From Meyerozyma guilliermondii (taxonomy: Eukaryota): a stretch of DNA of 64,000 nt. Position numbers and translations under genes: made by a program. Positions 32,037-43,327 of the stretch are shown piece by piece; position 1 is the first letter of the stretch, and the number at the start of each line of letters is the position of its first letter. The notes under the pieces are model-generated. The model was not told where the DNA came from. It did no database searches and worked only from the letters and a program-made list of their open reading frames with translations. The stretch is from contig CP128822.1 in assembly GCA_051546255.1 (NCBI GenBank), positions 310,001-374,000 on the forward strand, in the 5' to 3' direction.

Positions 32037-33704
32037 TCACTTGGATACGAGAAGGCTCAAGATCGTTTTCCACTTGCGGAGCCGGGAGGGTTCCTTGTCC
32101 AGAGTTTCCTCTGTATCTTCTCCCCCCAACTTCCAGACGGCTCTTGCAAAACGCCGAACTTTGTTCTTGATCTTGTGGGCAAGCATTTTAACTCCTCTTG
32201 CCAATAACCTGGCTGTTGAGGGACTCTTCTTCCGGCGGCGAAGCTTCCTGGGTTCCCTAGGAGAAAATGGACTGAGACCAGCGAATGTGAACCTGACTTT
32301 TTTCTTAGGTGGTTCAGGGTCTGGCGAATTGTGGCTCTCGTGAAAAGAGCCATCTGTTTCGTCTGATCCGTCTGATCCATCAGAGCCGTTTGGTCCATCT
32401 GTTCTACCCGGTCCGTTGTTTCTTCCTCCCAGAGAAGCGGAAGTTTCCTTTGCCTGATCTTCAGCCTCAACAACTTCATCATCCGCAGAAAGTTCTTCTT
32501 CAGCATCCTTCCAACGAGCCTCTGGCAGTAGCAGATCAAGGCTAAGCGAGTCAACGTCGATCCTCGTGGACGGAAGACTGATCGCCAAGCTTGCGAAAGC
32601 ATCATCCTCACATTCGGGCTCCGCTTCCAGGTCAATTCTCAGTTCGTCATCCTCTCGCAACCAGGGAGCACCAAGCAATTCAATAGGACTGGTCGAGGTA
32701 CTCTTCTCTTGCTCAAGGGTTGAAGCGGGCTCCGCTTCCAGGTCAATGCTCAATTCGTCATCCTCTCGAAACCAGGGAGCACCAAGCAATTCAATAGGAC
32801 TGGTCGTGGTACTCTTTTCTTGCTCAAGCGTTGGAGTCACTTCCTGTTCCATCAAGGGAGCACCAGGCAATTCGATAGGACTGCTCGAGGTAGTCTCCTC
32901 TCGCTCAAGGCTTGGAGTCACTTCCTTTTCCTTCAAGGCAACAGCAGCCAAATCAGTAAAGCTTTCCGATGTTTTCTCTTTGGGGGACAAACAAATTGGA
33001 ATATCTTTTTCGCAAGCCGGGCCTTCCTTCGAGTGATGGGTGGATGGAGTATCCTCCTCATCATCAACAAATTTCTCCCAGTCATCGATAAAAGGTATGT
33101 CCTTTTGGTTGACCTCAAAGTCAAACATCTCCTCAGCTTGATCTTGGACCTCAATTTCAGGCTTAGCCAACTTCGAAACAGTTTGTCTCTTTTGTGTGGG
33201 GACCTTGGTCGTCTCCAAACTTTTTGAGACAGCTTTCTCCTTGGGTGCCTTTTCCTTGGGTGCCTTTTCCCTGACTGTGTCTAAGGTGGTATTCGGCTCG
33301 CAAGATGGAGCTCTTGAATAAGCAGCTTCAATTCTTGCCAGCTTTTTGGCCTTTTTGACTCTTTGTCTTCTTCTTTTGGCTCTCTGTTTCTCAGATTTCC
33401 TAGCGTTTCCAGCTCCAGTCTGAGGGTTTGGAAGAACTGCCTTTTTGCATAAAGGAGGGGTCGTCTCCGGCGTGGTTTCGGGTGTTGGTCCCTCGGTTGC
33501 AACCTGGCTTGACTGTGGTGAGCCGGATTTTGCAGCCACTAAAGATGCGTTTTCTGCAGCCATCTGCGTGGGGACGCCCACTGCAACTTTCACTGCATGG
33601 ACAATTGCATTGACTTCTGCAACTGCAATCTCGTGGGCGGTTGGTTCAGCCACCCCATTTTGGGTGGAAGCGAGATGAGTAGTCATCTCGCTGGAAGAGC
33701 TCAT
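32037..33704 (-). CDS. Orphan acidic/low-complexity protein with internal repeats and basic clusters
   Basis: 555 codons from ATG 33704; in-frame repeats; no recognised domain. Confidence 0.65.
   Translation of the reverse strand: MSSSSEMTTHLASTQNGVAEPTAHEIAVAEVNAIVHAVKVAVGVPTQMAAENASLVAAKSGSPQSSQVATEGPTPETTPETTPPLCKKAVLPNPQTGAGNARKSEKQRAKRRRQRVKKAKKLARIEAAYSRAPSCEPNTTLDTVREKAPKEKAPKEKAVSKSLETTKVPTQKRQTVSKLAKPEIEVQDQAEEMFDFEVNQKDIPFIDDWEKFVDDEEDTPSTHHSKEGPACEKDIPICLSPKEKTSESFTDLAAVALKEKEVTPSLEREETTSSSPIELPGAPLMEQEVTPTLEQEKSTTTSPIELLGAPWFREDDELSIDLEAEPASTLEQEKSTSTSPIELLGAPWLREDDELRIDLEAEPECEDDAFASLAISLPSTRIDVDSLSLDLLLPEARWKDAEEELSADDEVVEAEDQAKETSASLGGRNNGPGRTDGPNGSDGSDGSDETDGSFHESHNSPDPEPPKKKVRFTFAGLSPFSPREPRKLRRRKKSPSTARLLARGVKMLAHKIKNKVRRFARAVWKLGGEDTEETLDKEPSRLRKWKTILSLLVSK
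32613..32935 (-). repeat. Coding tandem repeats (three SPIEL[LP]GAP units; two near-identical long units)
   Basis: TLEQEKST.TSPIELLGAPW.REDDEL.IDLEAEP twice plus one more diverged unit; also visible at DNA level. Confidence 0.85.
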
Positions 33705-34231
33705 TTCGAAAACCTCTTGAGGTTTTTTCAAAAGTTGCTGGGTTTCTTGTACTTGCGACTTTGTTGAATCAAAAGCTTTGTCTATTTGTAGTCAGATTAA
33801 CTCTTTAAGAAGGGTACCTCTGGCAAAAATATCAAAGTTCTGAAAGGAGTTTCAAGTTTTTGTGAAGAATAAGAGATGTACAAACGCCTTATTTCTCAAT
33901 ACTTGGGTACAAACGCAATTGACACAAACGTAAATTTGGCAAAGTACGGAGATATCAACCAAGTGAGTTTTGAGCATTTTTTGGGGCCATTATTATTGCT
34001 ACTGGTTTTGTTCTACATTATGAAGTTTAGCGTCGTACAGGGATTAGTATGGCAGTTCTCAAATGTACAATTTCCATTAAATACATATATATTTACAGCT
34101 CCTCATTGACGACGTGCTGCTTCTGTGTCAGTGATCTAGGCGGGTTCTCATAATTGAGGTCCTGTATATAACCTTGTTTTTTCAATTCAACTTTAGTTGA
34201 ACATTTTGTCAGGCACCTGCATTCCGTAGAA

Positions 34232-35881
34232 ATGTCGGCTAATGATATCCTAGATGTCCTTAACGTGCAGAGAGATAGTCTGGATCTCCCTGCAAAGAAG
34301 AAGCAAAAGGTGCTGAATGATGTGGCTGCAGTTCACCGACAAACAGGTTTATCTCGAGAACTCTATAGTCTCTTAGGACCTAATACACCTCCTGCCAACT
34401 TGTCCAATGCCACAAGCTCTGGAACCAAAAGCAAATTTAACCTCAAACCCTCCCCGTGGACGCGACAGTCCTTCACTGCCCAAAGCGGAGATCAAAAGGG
34501 CGCTGAATTTTTTCATTGGGTCAAAGGTTCGAAAGAACTTATAGAACAAGAACCGGAGAAGCCTTACATTTTTGAAAAGTTCAACGTCCGTCTTGATATA
34601 CCAGAACTTCCAGATGAGGCCACTTTTGATACCTATATGTCAGAGCTACTCCAGGATGAAGAGGATGCGAGAGTAAAGGAAGAGGAACGCAAGAAAGTTG
34701 CCGAAGAAAGCACGAAATCAAACAGTACTGAACCGAAAACCGAAACTGCTACTGGCGAGAAAACTGACACACAGAATGAGGAGAAGACAGAAACGGGGAC
34801 CAAGGAAGAGAAGAGGTCTACACATGAAAATAAACGATCTGCCCCGGATGAACTGAAAAATGTTGAACAGTCGATACCACCTAGGCACAATTGGACCTAT
34901 GAGGAAACAGTGCACCTTTTCGAGCTTTGTAATGCGTTCGAGCTTAAGTGGCCCATAATATTTGACCGATTCAAGTATCCAGGCTTGCGAGAAGAAGACC
35001 TCAAAGATCAATTTTATCGGGTTAGCGCGAAGATATATCAGTCACAACCCAATGCCAGTCACGCTCTCATTGAATCATTGAAGTCGTTTTCTCGAGTCAA
35101 AGAAATAGAAAGGAAGCAATACCTTGAAAAACTCCTCAAACGTACGCCGGCCGAGATCGCTGAGGAAGAGTCGCTAGTTATCGAAGCTCGACGGTTCGAG
35201 TTGGCTGCTAAGAAGATGTTGGTAGAGAGATCTCAACTCTTGACTCTTTTGGACTCTCCTCAAGTGACGCAGTCCACTCAGCAATACCAATCTTCACAAG
35301 GGTTGGCCAACTTGTACAATAATTTGATGATCATAGACAAGCATCAAAAGAAGCGTCAACTTCAACAGCAGCTGAGATTAGCAAGCAGTAGCGAGCCACT
35401 CCCTCCTCCCATTCCTAGTGCAGCTTCCTCATCTTATAAGAGAGATAGGACATTCCAAACACAACTTCAACAGTACTTATCGAACGTTTTGAGACAATCG
35501 CAATCGGTGAATGGCCGTGAGCCAAATGCTGTACAACAGCTTTTAATGAAAAGGCTTACAGTTAAGGAGGAAGAAGCCTATGGATTACACTACCACGCCA
35601 ATGAGCGCCTCACTCCAGGGGTGATGTTGCGTTCGACACAAAGATTAGCAGGTACGCAACAGCGTCAGTCTGTCTTACGTTCTGTTAATACTCTACTCCA
35701 GGAACTCGATATCCCCACGGGTGGGGGTACTACCTGGCGTCCTGTAATGCCTACTCGTAAGACCATGGCTAAATATGATGAGCTCATTAGGTCGGTGGTC
35801 GTATTGCTCGATGTCAAGAGAGCTAGAGACAAGTTGGAATCGGAAATCAAGTTGATAAAGAGCCAAAGGGGAATTGAATAG
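34232..35881 (+). CDS. SWC4: SWR1/NuA4 subunit Swc4
   Basis: MSANDILDVL, RELYSLLG, SANT domain WTYEET..LF.LC, ERKQYLEKLLKRTPAEIAEEE. Confidence 0.93.
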   Translation: MSANDILDVLNVQRDSLDLPAKKKQKVLNDVAAVHRQTGLSRELYSLLGPNTPPANLSNATSSGTKSKFNLKPSPWTRQSFTAQSGDQKGAEFFHWVKGSKELIEQEPEKPYIFEKFNVRLDIPELPDEATFDTYMSELLQDEEDARVKEEERKKVAEESTKSNSTEPKTETATGEKTDTQNEEKTETGTKEEKRSTHENKRSAPDELKNVEQSIPPRHNWTYEETVHLFELCNAFELKWPIIFDRFKYPGLREEDLKDQFYRVSAKIYQSQPNASHALIESLKSFSRVKEIERKQYLEKLLKRTPAEIAEEESLVIEARRFELAAKKMLVERSQLLTLLDSPQVTQSTQQYQSSQGLANLYNNLMIIDKHQKKRQLQQQLRLASSSEPLPPPIPSAASSSYKRDRTFQTQLQQYLSNVLRQSQSVNGREPNAVQQLLMKRLTVKEEEAYGLHYHANERLTPGVMLRSTQRLAGTQQRQSVLRSVNTLLQELDIPTGGGTTWRPVMPTRKTMAKYDELIRSVVVLLDVKRARDKLESEIKLIKSQRGIE

Positions 35882-35935
35882 TAGTAAAGAAATCTTTCAT
35901 TATATGCAAGTAATGTACACTAGATTACATGTGCC

Positions 35936-38900
35936 TTATAGGTCACAAATGAGGCATGCTTGGTCAGTTGGTGCTTCGTGGTCAGGGCTGATATCAATGG
36001 AATAGTGTGATCTGCTGTCGCCATCAATGCTCAAATTGTCGGCCGAAATCGGCACCATATTAGCATCTGGCGTTTGTATATCATACAAACGCACGTTGGA
36101 AAGACTAGAGTTCATAAAGTCTAGTTCAGTTGATGAGTTGCTGTTTTGTGACACTCCATAAATGACATCCAAAATTGTTTCTTGTTCTCTGTATCCATCG
36201 AACATACGACGCGAATGGTCCAAAATTTTTATCAGGAATATGCTAGCTTTCTTGACAGAGTCCTCGAGTTCTTTGGAGTAGTTTGACTGACGGCATAAAG
36301 CTTGAGTGATCCCAACGATCTTTACAAATTTTAAGAAGTTTGGCTCAGAGCCATTGATTTTGAACCGCGACAACCGTTCCCATGCGTAGTGCAAGAGGTG
36401 GCACATAATGGGCCATTTGTCCAAGTTATGATGCAATAACTCTTGACAATATATGCCAAGAAGGTGATAAACGACGTCCATGCTTGAGGTGGCTACGTAA
36501 GAATCGAGAACCAGAGCGTTACCAGAACCGCTGCTTAATGCAGTGGTAAGCTCGGTATTCACAATCTTCAACCTCTGTACGAAGCTCAAATTGGTCCAAT
36601 TACTTGTGCTTTTGGATTGGGCAATTCCCAACCGAACACATAGGGAGTTCAATGTTTGGGATGAGCTTAAAGAATTCTGAAAAACATCCTGGATCAAAAG
36701 GGTCGTCTTCTTGCAGAAAGTTACATATTTCTGCGAGAGAAAGAAGAGCCCAAAGTCCTGATTGAGTGATTCAAGAAATACTTCAATGTACCTTTGCTTT
36801 AACCTTGCGCTGGTGGATTCACTTGAAGCAATGTTGTGGAGAATAGAACTTGTTATGGCTGTTCGAAAATTCAGAAACTGTAGCCCCGTAACAAGCTCCA
36901 AACCGCACTGACCCTTCAAATCAAAGAACTTATGCTTATTCTTTATAAGTTGATTGAGTAGCCCAACGAAGTATTTTGAAATCGAGAACCGAGCAAGTTG
37001 TTTCATGACAGAGACGATAATTGTGTCATAACTTCCTGTGGCGGTAAAAGATTCAAGGAGCTTGGCATAGAAATAAAGCAGGAACTTCTCTCTCAGATCT
37101 TGGTTACCGATGTATGGAAAACTTTGCAAGATCAAAACATCCCAGCTCTGATCGCCTTTGAGGAGAGCGCTTCTCACCCAAAGACTAATTAACCTCTCGA
37201 CTAGAGCTTCAGTTCGGTGCTCCAAGTTGGGATTGGTTAACGGATACCTACCCATATGATAGTTCAAATGGTGCAAGCTATTGCGAAACACTTCCTCAAT
37301 AAAATCGCTCCTAAGGTATAATTCAGGAAAAGAATCATAAGAATGCGATAAGAATGTAGTGATATCTAAAGTGATATCATCAGGAAGCAGGCTGTTATAA
37401 ATCTTTGCCATCTGGAGCAAGAATCCGTACAATGACTCGTTCATTGACATTTTTAGTGCTGCATGAACCAGGGAATTAAGGGATGGCCACAACTTGAACA
37501 TCTCCGGCATCATACCGTACTTTTTTGAAACGAGTTCGACCATATGCGCGAGCGAAAGAAACGGGTATAATTCAGGCCTATCGAGAGATATCTCTGTCAA
37601 CGATGTGATAACCTCAGTGATCAATTTGTAGATTTTAACATCATTGGAATCGTCAACCTGACTTATAAGATCTAGAAGCTGCGACTCGAGGGTGATGTCG
37701 GATAATTGACAAAGTAGAATAGTGAAGTTGAGTCTGTTTAAGAACATTGCTCGATGAGCTGAACCGGAAGTGTAGTGAAATCGGCTTGACGTTAATAGTT
37801 TAGTGATTAGCCTTTTTTTGTTTGAGCCAAACGGAAGGGCAGAGACATATGAATATAGAAATAGCATGTATCTCTCAAAAAAAGTAGAATCGGGAATATC
37901 ACTTCTGGTGTTTATTTTCCCAAGCACAAAATCACTGTGATTTTCATTCTCGTAGTCTGCAAACTTTCTTATGCCGATAGATGAATATAATTCTAGAACA
38001 AGTCTTTCATCAAAGGGCCAGCATAGCTTACTTCCGACGCACGATATGACGTCCAAGAATAAATGGCTGCCTTCCAGATTAGAGCCTCTCTTGCAAAAAG
38101 TTCTATAATATGCAAGAAATGCACTCCAATTGGGAGTTCTTGAGAACGTCATTGCGAGCCATGATAAACCATATAATATGTTTCCATCAATGAACAGTTC
38201 ATCGTTGCATTCTAATACTGCATCAGTAATGCAGCTCCACCAAACGTCGGAACCGCCGCGAAGTATCGTCGAAGCAATTTGAATTGGGCCATACAGGGAG
38301 ACAACATTTTCACCGTTTGCAAGCTGGAAAAAGTCAATTTTTTGAAAACATGCTTTGAATAGAAAAGAGCACTGCTTCTCCAATACCCTTCGCGAAGACT
38401 GGCATTCAAACTCATTGACTCGTTGGCAAATCTTTAACATAATGAACTCCAATAGAAGGAACTGAGATGTCAACTGAATATGCAGAAGATTGATAGACTC
38501 CAAATTGAAGATGTCCGCAATTACATCCGAAACGAGGTGGACATGGCGGTTATCGGGCTTTTGTATAACCAATGACCATTTAATGAGTACCTTTATAGCT
38601 TCGCTCATCTCACGAAATTCTGCTGAGGATTCTGAGAAGGCATTTTGCTCTGTTGATCTCGCTCTGATCAAATGAACAACCCTGGCGAATGATCTGTTGG
38701 ATCCATCGGTGTCAAATATTGAGAATGAAAAGCTCTGGCCGAAGAGTACAATATTGAATGAGTCTTTATCGAAGAATATATGGTGTTCCGTATCAAGAGT
38801 TTCAAGCTTTTTGATGTTCTGATCGTTCATGACAATAGGATTTAGTACGGACTCTGGTGCCATAGATAAGCCTACGAATTCCTTGAGAGTAGAATTCCTG

Positions 38901-40534
38901 TCATATTTGCCGTGATCTCTTTCTTTCTGATGCACAGTTTTAGTCGCTTCAAATATCGTTGTAGATTGATTCGGGGTTCTCTGGTATACGTTTTGCAAAA
39001 ACTTTGTACCTGGTGCTGCTGATTCGTCACTTTGAATAGTTAATTTTCTTTGCTTTCCCCTATTTGCTATGTTAGCCTGTGTGGCCCTTGATGAAGTGAG
39101 AGCATGACCATTTCTCATTCCTGTTCGTTTTGGAGTTCTTTTTCGTCTCCTGATTATATTCAAAGACGAGTGATGCTTCTCTCGAAGAACTCTAGATGGC
39201 CCGAGCCTAGCTTGGGATGGCCGATGTCCAAATTGCCTTGTCTTTGGCTTATTTCTTGGCAAGTGCCTTTGATTAGTATTCACAAGGTCGTCAGTGAACT
39301 TTCTGGGTTGATCTTTGTAGACCGCAAAAAGTTCATTTTCCCTCAGAGGGCTAATGTGATTCGATGAGTTCAATTTTGGTCTACTCGAATAATAGTGAAC
39401 GCTCTCGCTTGCACTCTCCTCGTCACTCGAACTTTGAGCATCCGTCGACCAGTCGTAATCTCTGGTCAAATCAATCAACAAGTCTGAACTTCGTTCATTA
39501 TCTTGAGCTAGAAGCAAAGGCGACCGTGGTTCCACATTCTCTTCGTGATACTCATTATCTTGAATGAGGGGCAAAGGCAACCGTGTTTCTACGCTCTCTT
39601 CATCATATTCATTGTCGTCAATGAACTTGCTCAATGAGAGAACACCTCTGTTGTTTGCTCTATGCGCCTTTCTTCTCATCTTTTTGATGGCCAAGCCCCG
39701 CCTGGTTGAGGTTGTTTTTGATTCCAAACCTTCGGATCTCCTGGGCTTGGAGTGATAAAGTATTCGTTCCTTCGTTGAATATGACTTGGTGCTTGATGAT
39801 GGAAACTCAACTTGCATGGACTCTTCGTCATTTTCTTCTGCCTCTAATTCCTCATCTAAAAACGCAAAATTAGCTTTCCTTCTGTTTGAATGGGGCACAA
39901 TTAGATCATCCTCCAGCTCCAGGTACGAGAAATCATTTAGGTCGCTATTTTGAGGCTCAGCGTTATCTTGTTGACCTTGTGAGTTTAATGACAATTGTGA
40001 GGACTGGAAGGCCTCATCTTGATTCTCTTGAGGTGGCATATTTCTTCCCAAAAATGAATAGAAAGATTTCGGTTTATATCTCTCTTCTCTTGGATACCTC
40101 TTTCTCTTCTTCATGTACATCGAGTTTAGAAGTTTCACAATGGACTCCACATCTTGCGTTTCGGAATATATCTCGTTCAATGTATCCACATCCATCAAAC
40201 CGAGCCAATGCGCTTGGTCTGCCAAGTAGGGATGTGTACTTGAAAAGTTTCGCTTTCGTAAAGACCGTCGCGAGCCTTGCGTATTCATCTGTTCTTGTAA
40301 GTACGCCTTCAATAGGTCCAGATTCTCGGCATCGCCTGTGTCTCGTTTTTCATCGCTCTCAACGACGCCAGCGGAAGGTATCAATCCACGATCTCGAAGA
40401 TAATCGAACGCGTCTTGTTGACCTTTCGCGTCTGATTGAAAACTGACGATTGCATTGGCTATGTCCTCTTGGCGTACGTGAACGCTTGTCAATGGGTACG
40501 CCTCATCATCGGAATCAGACACATAATCGGCCAT
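35936..40534 (-). CDS. MMS22: Mms22/Mus7 DNA-repair adaptor
   Basis: VSDSDDE N-terminus, RSLRKRN...HPYLAD motif, long helical C-terminal region; gene context. Confidence 0.75.
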   Translation of the reverse strand: MADYVSDSDDEAYPLTSVHVRQEDIANAIVSFQSDAKGQQDAFDYLRDRGLIPSAGVVESDEKRDTGDAENLDLLKAYLQEQMNTQGSRRSLRKRNFSSTHPYLADQAHWLGLMDVDTLNEIYSETQDVESIVKLLNSMYMKKRKRYPREERYKPKSFYSFLGRNMPPQENQDEAFQSSQLSLNSQGQQDNAEPQNSDLNDFSYLELEDDLIVPHSNRRKANFAFLDEELEAEENDEESMQVEFPSSSTKSYSTKERILYHSKPRRSEGLESKTTSTRRGLAIKKMRRKAHRANNRGVLSLSKFIDDNEYDEESVETRLPLPLIQDNEYHEENVEPRSPLLLAQDNERSSDLLIDLTRDYDWSTDAQSSSDEESASESVHYYSSRPKLNSSNHISPLRENELFAVYKDQPRKFTDDLVNTNQRHLPRNKPKTRQFGHRPSQARLGPSRVLREKHHSSLNIIRRRKRTPKRTGMRNGHALTSSRATQANIANRGKQRKLTIQSDESAAPGTKFLQNVYQRTPNQSTTIFEATKTVHQKERDHGKYDRNSTLKEFVGLSMAPESVLNPIVMNDQNIKKLETLDTEHHIFFDKDSFNIVLFGQSFSFSIFDTDGSNRSFARVVHLIRARSTEQNAFSESSAEFREMSEAIKVLIKWSLVIQKPDNRHVHLVSDVIADIFNLESINLLHIQLTSQFLLLEFIMLKICQRVNEFECQSSRRVLEKQCSFLFKACFQKIDFFQLANGENVVSLYGPIQIASTILRGGSDVWWSCITDAVLECNDELFIDGNILYGLSWLAMTFSRTPNWSAFLAYYRTFCKRGSNLEGSHLFLDVISCVGSKLCWPFDERLVLELYSSIGIRKFADYENENHSDFVLGKINTRSDIPDSTFFERYMLFLYSYVSALPFGSNKKRLITKLLTSSRFHYTSGSAHRAMFLNRLNFTILLCQLSDITLESQLLDLISQVDDSNDVKIYKLITEVITSLTEISLDRPELYPFLSLAHMVELVSKKYGMMPEMFKLWPSLNSLVHAALKMSMNESLYGFLLQMAKIYNSLLPDDITLDITTFLSHSYDSFPELYLRSDFIEEVFRNSLHHLNYHMGRYPLTNPNLEHRTEALVERLISLWVRSALLKGDQSWDVLILQSFPYIGNQDLREKFLLYFYAKLLESFTATGSYDTIIVSVMKQLARFSISKYFVGLLNQLIKNKHKFFDLKGQCGLELVTGLQFLNFRTAITSSILHNIASSESTSARLKQRYIEVFLESLNQDFGLFFLSQKYVTFCKKTTLLIQDVFQNSLSSSQTLNSLCVRLGIAQSKSTSNWTNLSFVQRLKIVNTELTTALSSGSGNALVLDSYVATSSMDVVYHLLGIYCQELLHHNLDKWPIMCHLLHYAWERLSRFKINGSEPNFLKFVKIVGITQALCRQSNYSKELEDSVKKASIFLIKILDHSRRMFDGYREQETILDVIYGVSQNSNSSTELDFMNSSLSNVRLYDIQTPDANMVPISADNLSIDGDSRSHYSIDISPDHEAPTDQACLICDL

Positions 40535-40818
40535 AGTGAATTCAAAATAGTTGCAAGCAGCTCAATCCATGAGACTGGTAGAAGATGTCAAATATGCGAT
40601 GTAATTTATGCTAGTGATGTAATGGGCAACGAGATGGTGATTCGGTATTAGATGCTGGTGGACGAAGCCTGCCTTTCTCGATGCTAGTATTAGTTGGGGT
40701 TGAAAATGTTTATAGGATCGAAGTATATAAATCGATGTTTAGTCTGCACGCACCTCACATCTGATTCCTGTATATTATGTGAATGTAAATTCTTCTGCTC
40801 GGAACATTTATAACTGTC

Positions 40819-42192
40819 ATGGATTCCAGGCAGCTATTCTTATCGAAGAAGGACAGTTCCAATGGGAGACAATCTCAGTCTAGGCCAAAAAATGTCTTGT
40901 CGCTGGTGAAACGAATTTTCAGCTGGGGGACTCATCCTGATGGTTCTCGTATGTCTGATAATAGCGCCCAAGATTCACAGCAGACTCGTGGTAATGAATC
41001 ATATATCTCTGCACGTACCCCTATGAACGAAGCGAAGGTGGGTGATGCTAAACAAACACCTAGTCAGGTGTTGAGCAAGTTTTTCAGTGAAAAAGGAGAT
41101 AAGCCTTTAACGGATATAGAGTATGAAGGCGTGCAATCGTTATTGGCGAAAGCAAGAGACAATGATACATTTCTCGGTGATTCCTCTGTGCTCGAAGGAA
41201 AGAACAAAAGAAGGCGTGGTCTGGCTCAGGCTCCAGATGTCACGAACCGGTCGTTATTGGCTAATTTGACAGGTAACGGATCCTTTTTCTACTCTACTCC
41301 TCAAAAGCAAACGTTACTGCGTAATCCCAATGCATCACAAATCATAACCCCGGATTACAGGCCTACGTATCATAGCGTTAACCCGCGCAGCATACGGTCA
41401 GTCAAACGAGTGTATCATTTTTCAGGTGTTCCGTCACCTTATCGTACAAGAATAACCGCGCCCATGCGTTCAGCGAAAGCAAAACAGGTGCTACAAGACG
41501 AGAAGTTGCACCCTCCTGCCGCTCTTCCCTCAACGACATTTGACTTCACTTCAAAACCAATGAGCGCAACTGCAGGTACTTTATTGTCTATCATAGATGG
41601 CTCGGAGACCAAGGACCAAGTTGCATCTAAAGAGGATAATAAAGCTGGAAAGTTTTCTAACCCCTACTCTTCCGCGGGTTCTATCAAAGCCAAAAAGTCC
41701 GAACCTACTCAAACAACCCTGACGAAATCCAAATTTCCACCAATAAGCGCAAAGGATATTGTCAATACCACATCGTTCGATAAATCCGAACCAATCGAGA
41801 ACACACCTTCTGGTGAAAAGACACAACCTGAAAAGACACAACCTAATCTCTCATTTGCTAAAACTAAGGTTACTGAAAAGTCTGCGCCGCTTCCATCTAC
41901 CATTCGTACAGATAGTGGGCAGGCAAGCTCTCTTACAGAAACAGCACCCGCTTTCGGTCAATTTGGAGGAAGTGTGAAGGCCAATTCTAGCTCCTTTAAG
42001 TCGAGTGCTGCCGACTCTTCAGTTGGTCATATTGACATGAACAGTCAGGCATTGGCACCTCAGCCTCAGGCCAAACCCTTTAGCGCCGAATCTAAGGCAA
42101 AATATGACTACACGTTCCCTGGTGTTGATTTGAAGGTTGCTGACCTTGACTCTGCGAAAGTAGAGAGCTTTAAATCTGGCTTCATCTTCTAA
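40819..42192 (+). CDS. NUP60: Nuclear basket nucleoporin Nup60-like
   Basis: LSKFFSEKGDKPLTDIEYEGVQSLL motif, MSATA..LLS, C-terminal KVESFKSGFIF. Confidence 0.75.
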   Translation: MDSRQLFLSKKDSSNGRQSQSRPKNVLSLVKRIFSWGTHPDGSRMSDNSAQDSQQTRGNESYISARTPMNEAKVGDAKQTPSQVLSKFFSEKGDKPLTDIEYEGVQSLLAKARDNDTFLGDSSVLEGKNKRRRGLAQAPDVTNRSLLANLTGNGSFFYSTPQKQTLLRNPNASQIITPDYRPTYHSVNPRSIRSVKRVYHFSGVPSPYRTRITAPMRSAKAKQVLQDEKLHPPAALPSTTFDFTSKPMSATAGTLLSIIDGSETKDQVASKEDNKAGKFSNPYSSAGSIKAKKSEPTQTTLTKSKFPPISAKDIVNTTSFDKSEPIENTPSGEKTQPEKTQPNLSFAKTKVTEKSAPLPSTIRTDSGQASSLTETAPAFGQFGGSVKANSSSFKSSAADSSVGHIDMNSQALAPQPQAKPFSAESKAKYDYTFPGVDLKVADLDSAKVESFKSGFIF

Positions 42193-42241
42193 CTTTAATC
42201 CAGTAGTACCCATAATATACATCCTTGCACCTGCTTATACG

Positions 42242-43315
42242 ATGAATCCGCGTTGGCAGCTGGTCTTACAAACGATGAATTCAGTTTTGTTGATTGGAGG
42301 ATCTGGCTTCCTTGGTTTACACTTGATAGAGCAGTTTTCTAGACGTAGTCCAAATACCAAGATTCATGTATTTGATGTGCGGCCATTGCCAGAAAAGATC
42401 TCAAAATATTTCACCTTCGATCCCAAAAGCGTTACCTTTCATGGAGGAGATATTACATCGGAAGACGACTTGTCAGATGCTATTAAAGGTTCCAAATGCG
42501 ATGTCATAGTACACTCCGCATCACCAATGCATGGTGCTCCTCAACAGATTTATAATAAGGTCAATGTTGAGGGAACTAGAACCTTGATATCCGCAGCCAA
42601 GAAACAAAACGTTAAAGCATTGGTTTACACGTCCTCTGCAGGTGTTATATTCAATGGTCAAGACGTAATGAATGCAGATGAATCTTGGCCGTACCCAGAA
42701 GTGCATATGGACGGTTACAATGAGACAAAGGCCATTGCTGAAACAGAAGTCTTAAAATGCAATGATATTGACGGCCTTGCAACCGTATGCTTGCGTCCAG
42801 CGGGAATCTTTGGACCTGGTGATCGTCAGCTTATCCCGGGCTTGCGAGGAGTCCTCAAGATGAAACAGACAAAGTTTCAGGTTGGTGACAACAATAATCT
42901 TTTTGACTGGACTTATGTTGGCAATGTTGCGGACGCACACGTTTTGGCGGCTCAAAAAATCCTCAGCTCATCAACGAGATCCCAAGTGGCAGGCGAAGTG
43001 TTCTTGATTACTAACGATCAGCCTACTTACTTTTGGACTCTAGCGCGAACGGTTTGGAAAGCTGATGGCCATGTGGATAACTACAACATTGTGTTACCGC
43101 GCACCATCGCATTAGGCATTGGCTATATTTCTGAACTAGTTGCAAGCATATTGAAGAAGGAAGCCGGCTTGACGCCATTTAGAGTGAAAGTGGCGTGCGC
43201 TCACAGGTATCATAATATTCTGAAAGCAAAAGAAGTTCTTGGTTACAAACCCGAGGTCAGTATTGACGAAGGAATACGCTACACTTTGGATTGGATGGAC
43301 GAGAGTAGAAACTGA
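42242..43315 (+). CDS. ERG26: C-3 sterol dehydrogenase (start 42242 or 42275)
   Basis: IGGSGFLG, VHSASP, YNETK, LRPAGIFGPGDRQL, NLFDWTYVGN. Confidence 0.95.
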   Translation: MNPRWQLVLQTMNSVLLIGGSGFLGLHLIEQFSRRSPNTKIHVFDVRPLPEKISKYFTFDPKSVTFHGGDITSEDDLSDAIKGSKCDVIVHSASPMHGAPQQIYNKVNVEGTRTLISAAKKQNVKALVYTSSAGVIFNGQDVMNADESWPYPEVHMDGYNETKAIAETEVLKCNDIDGLATVCLRPAGIFGPGDRQLIPGLRGVLKMKQTKFQVGDNNNLFDWTYVGNVADAHVLAAQKILSSSTRSQVAGEVFLITNDQPTYFWTLARTVWKADGHVDNYNIVLPRTIALGIGYISELVASILKKEAGLTPFRVKVACAHRYHNILKAKEVLGYKPEVSIDEGIRYTLDWMDESRN

Positions 43316-43327
43316 TAAGTACCTTGA

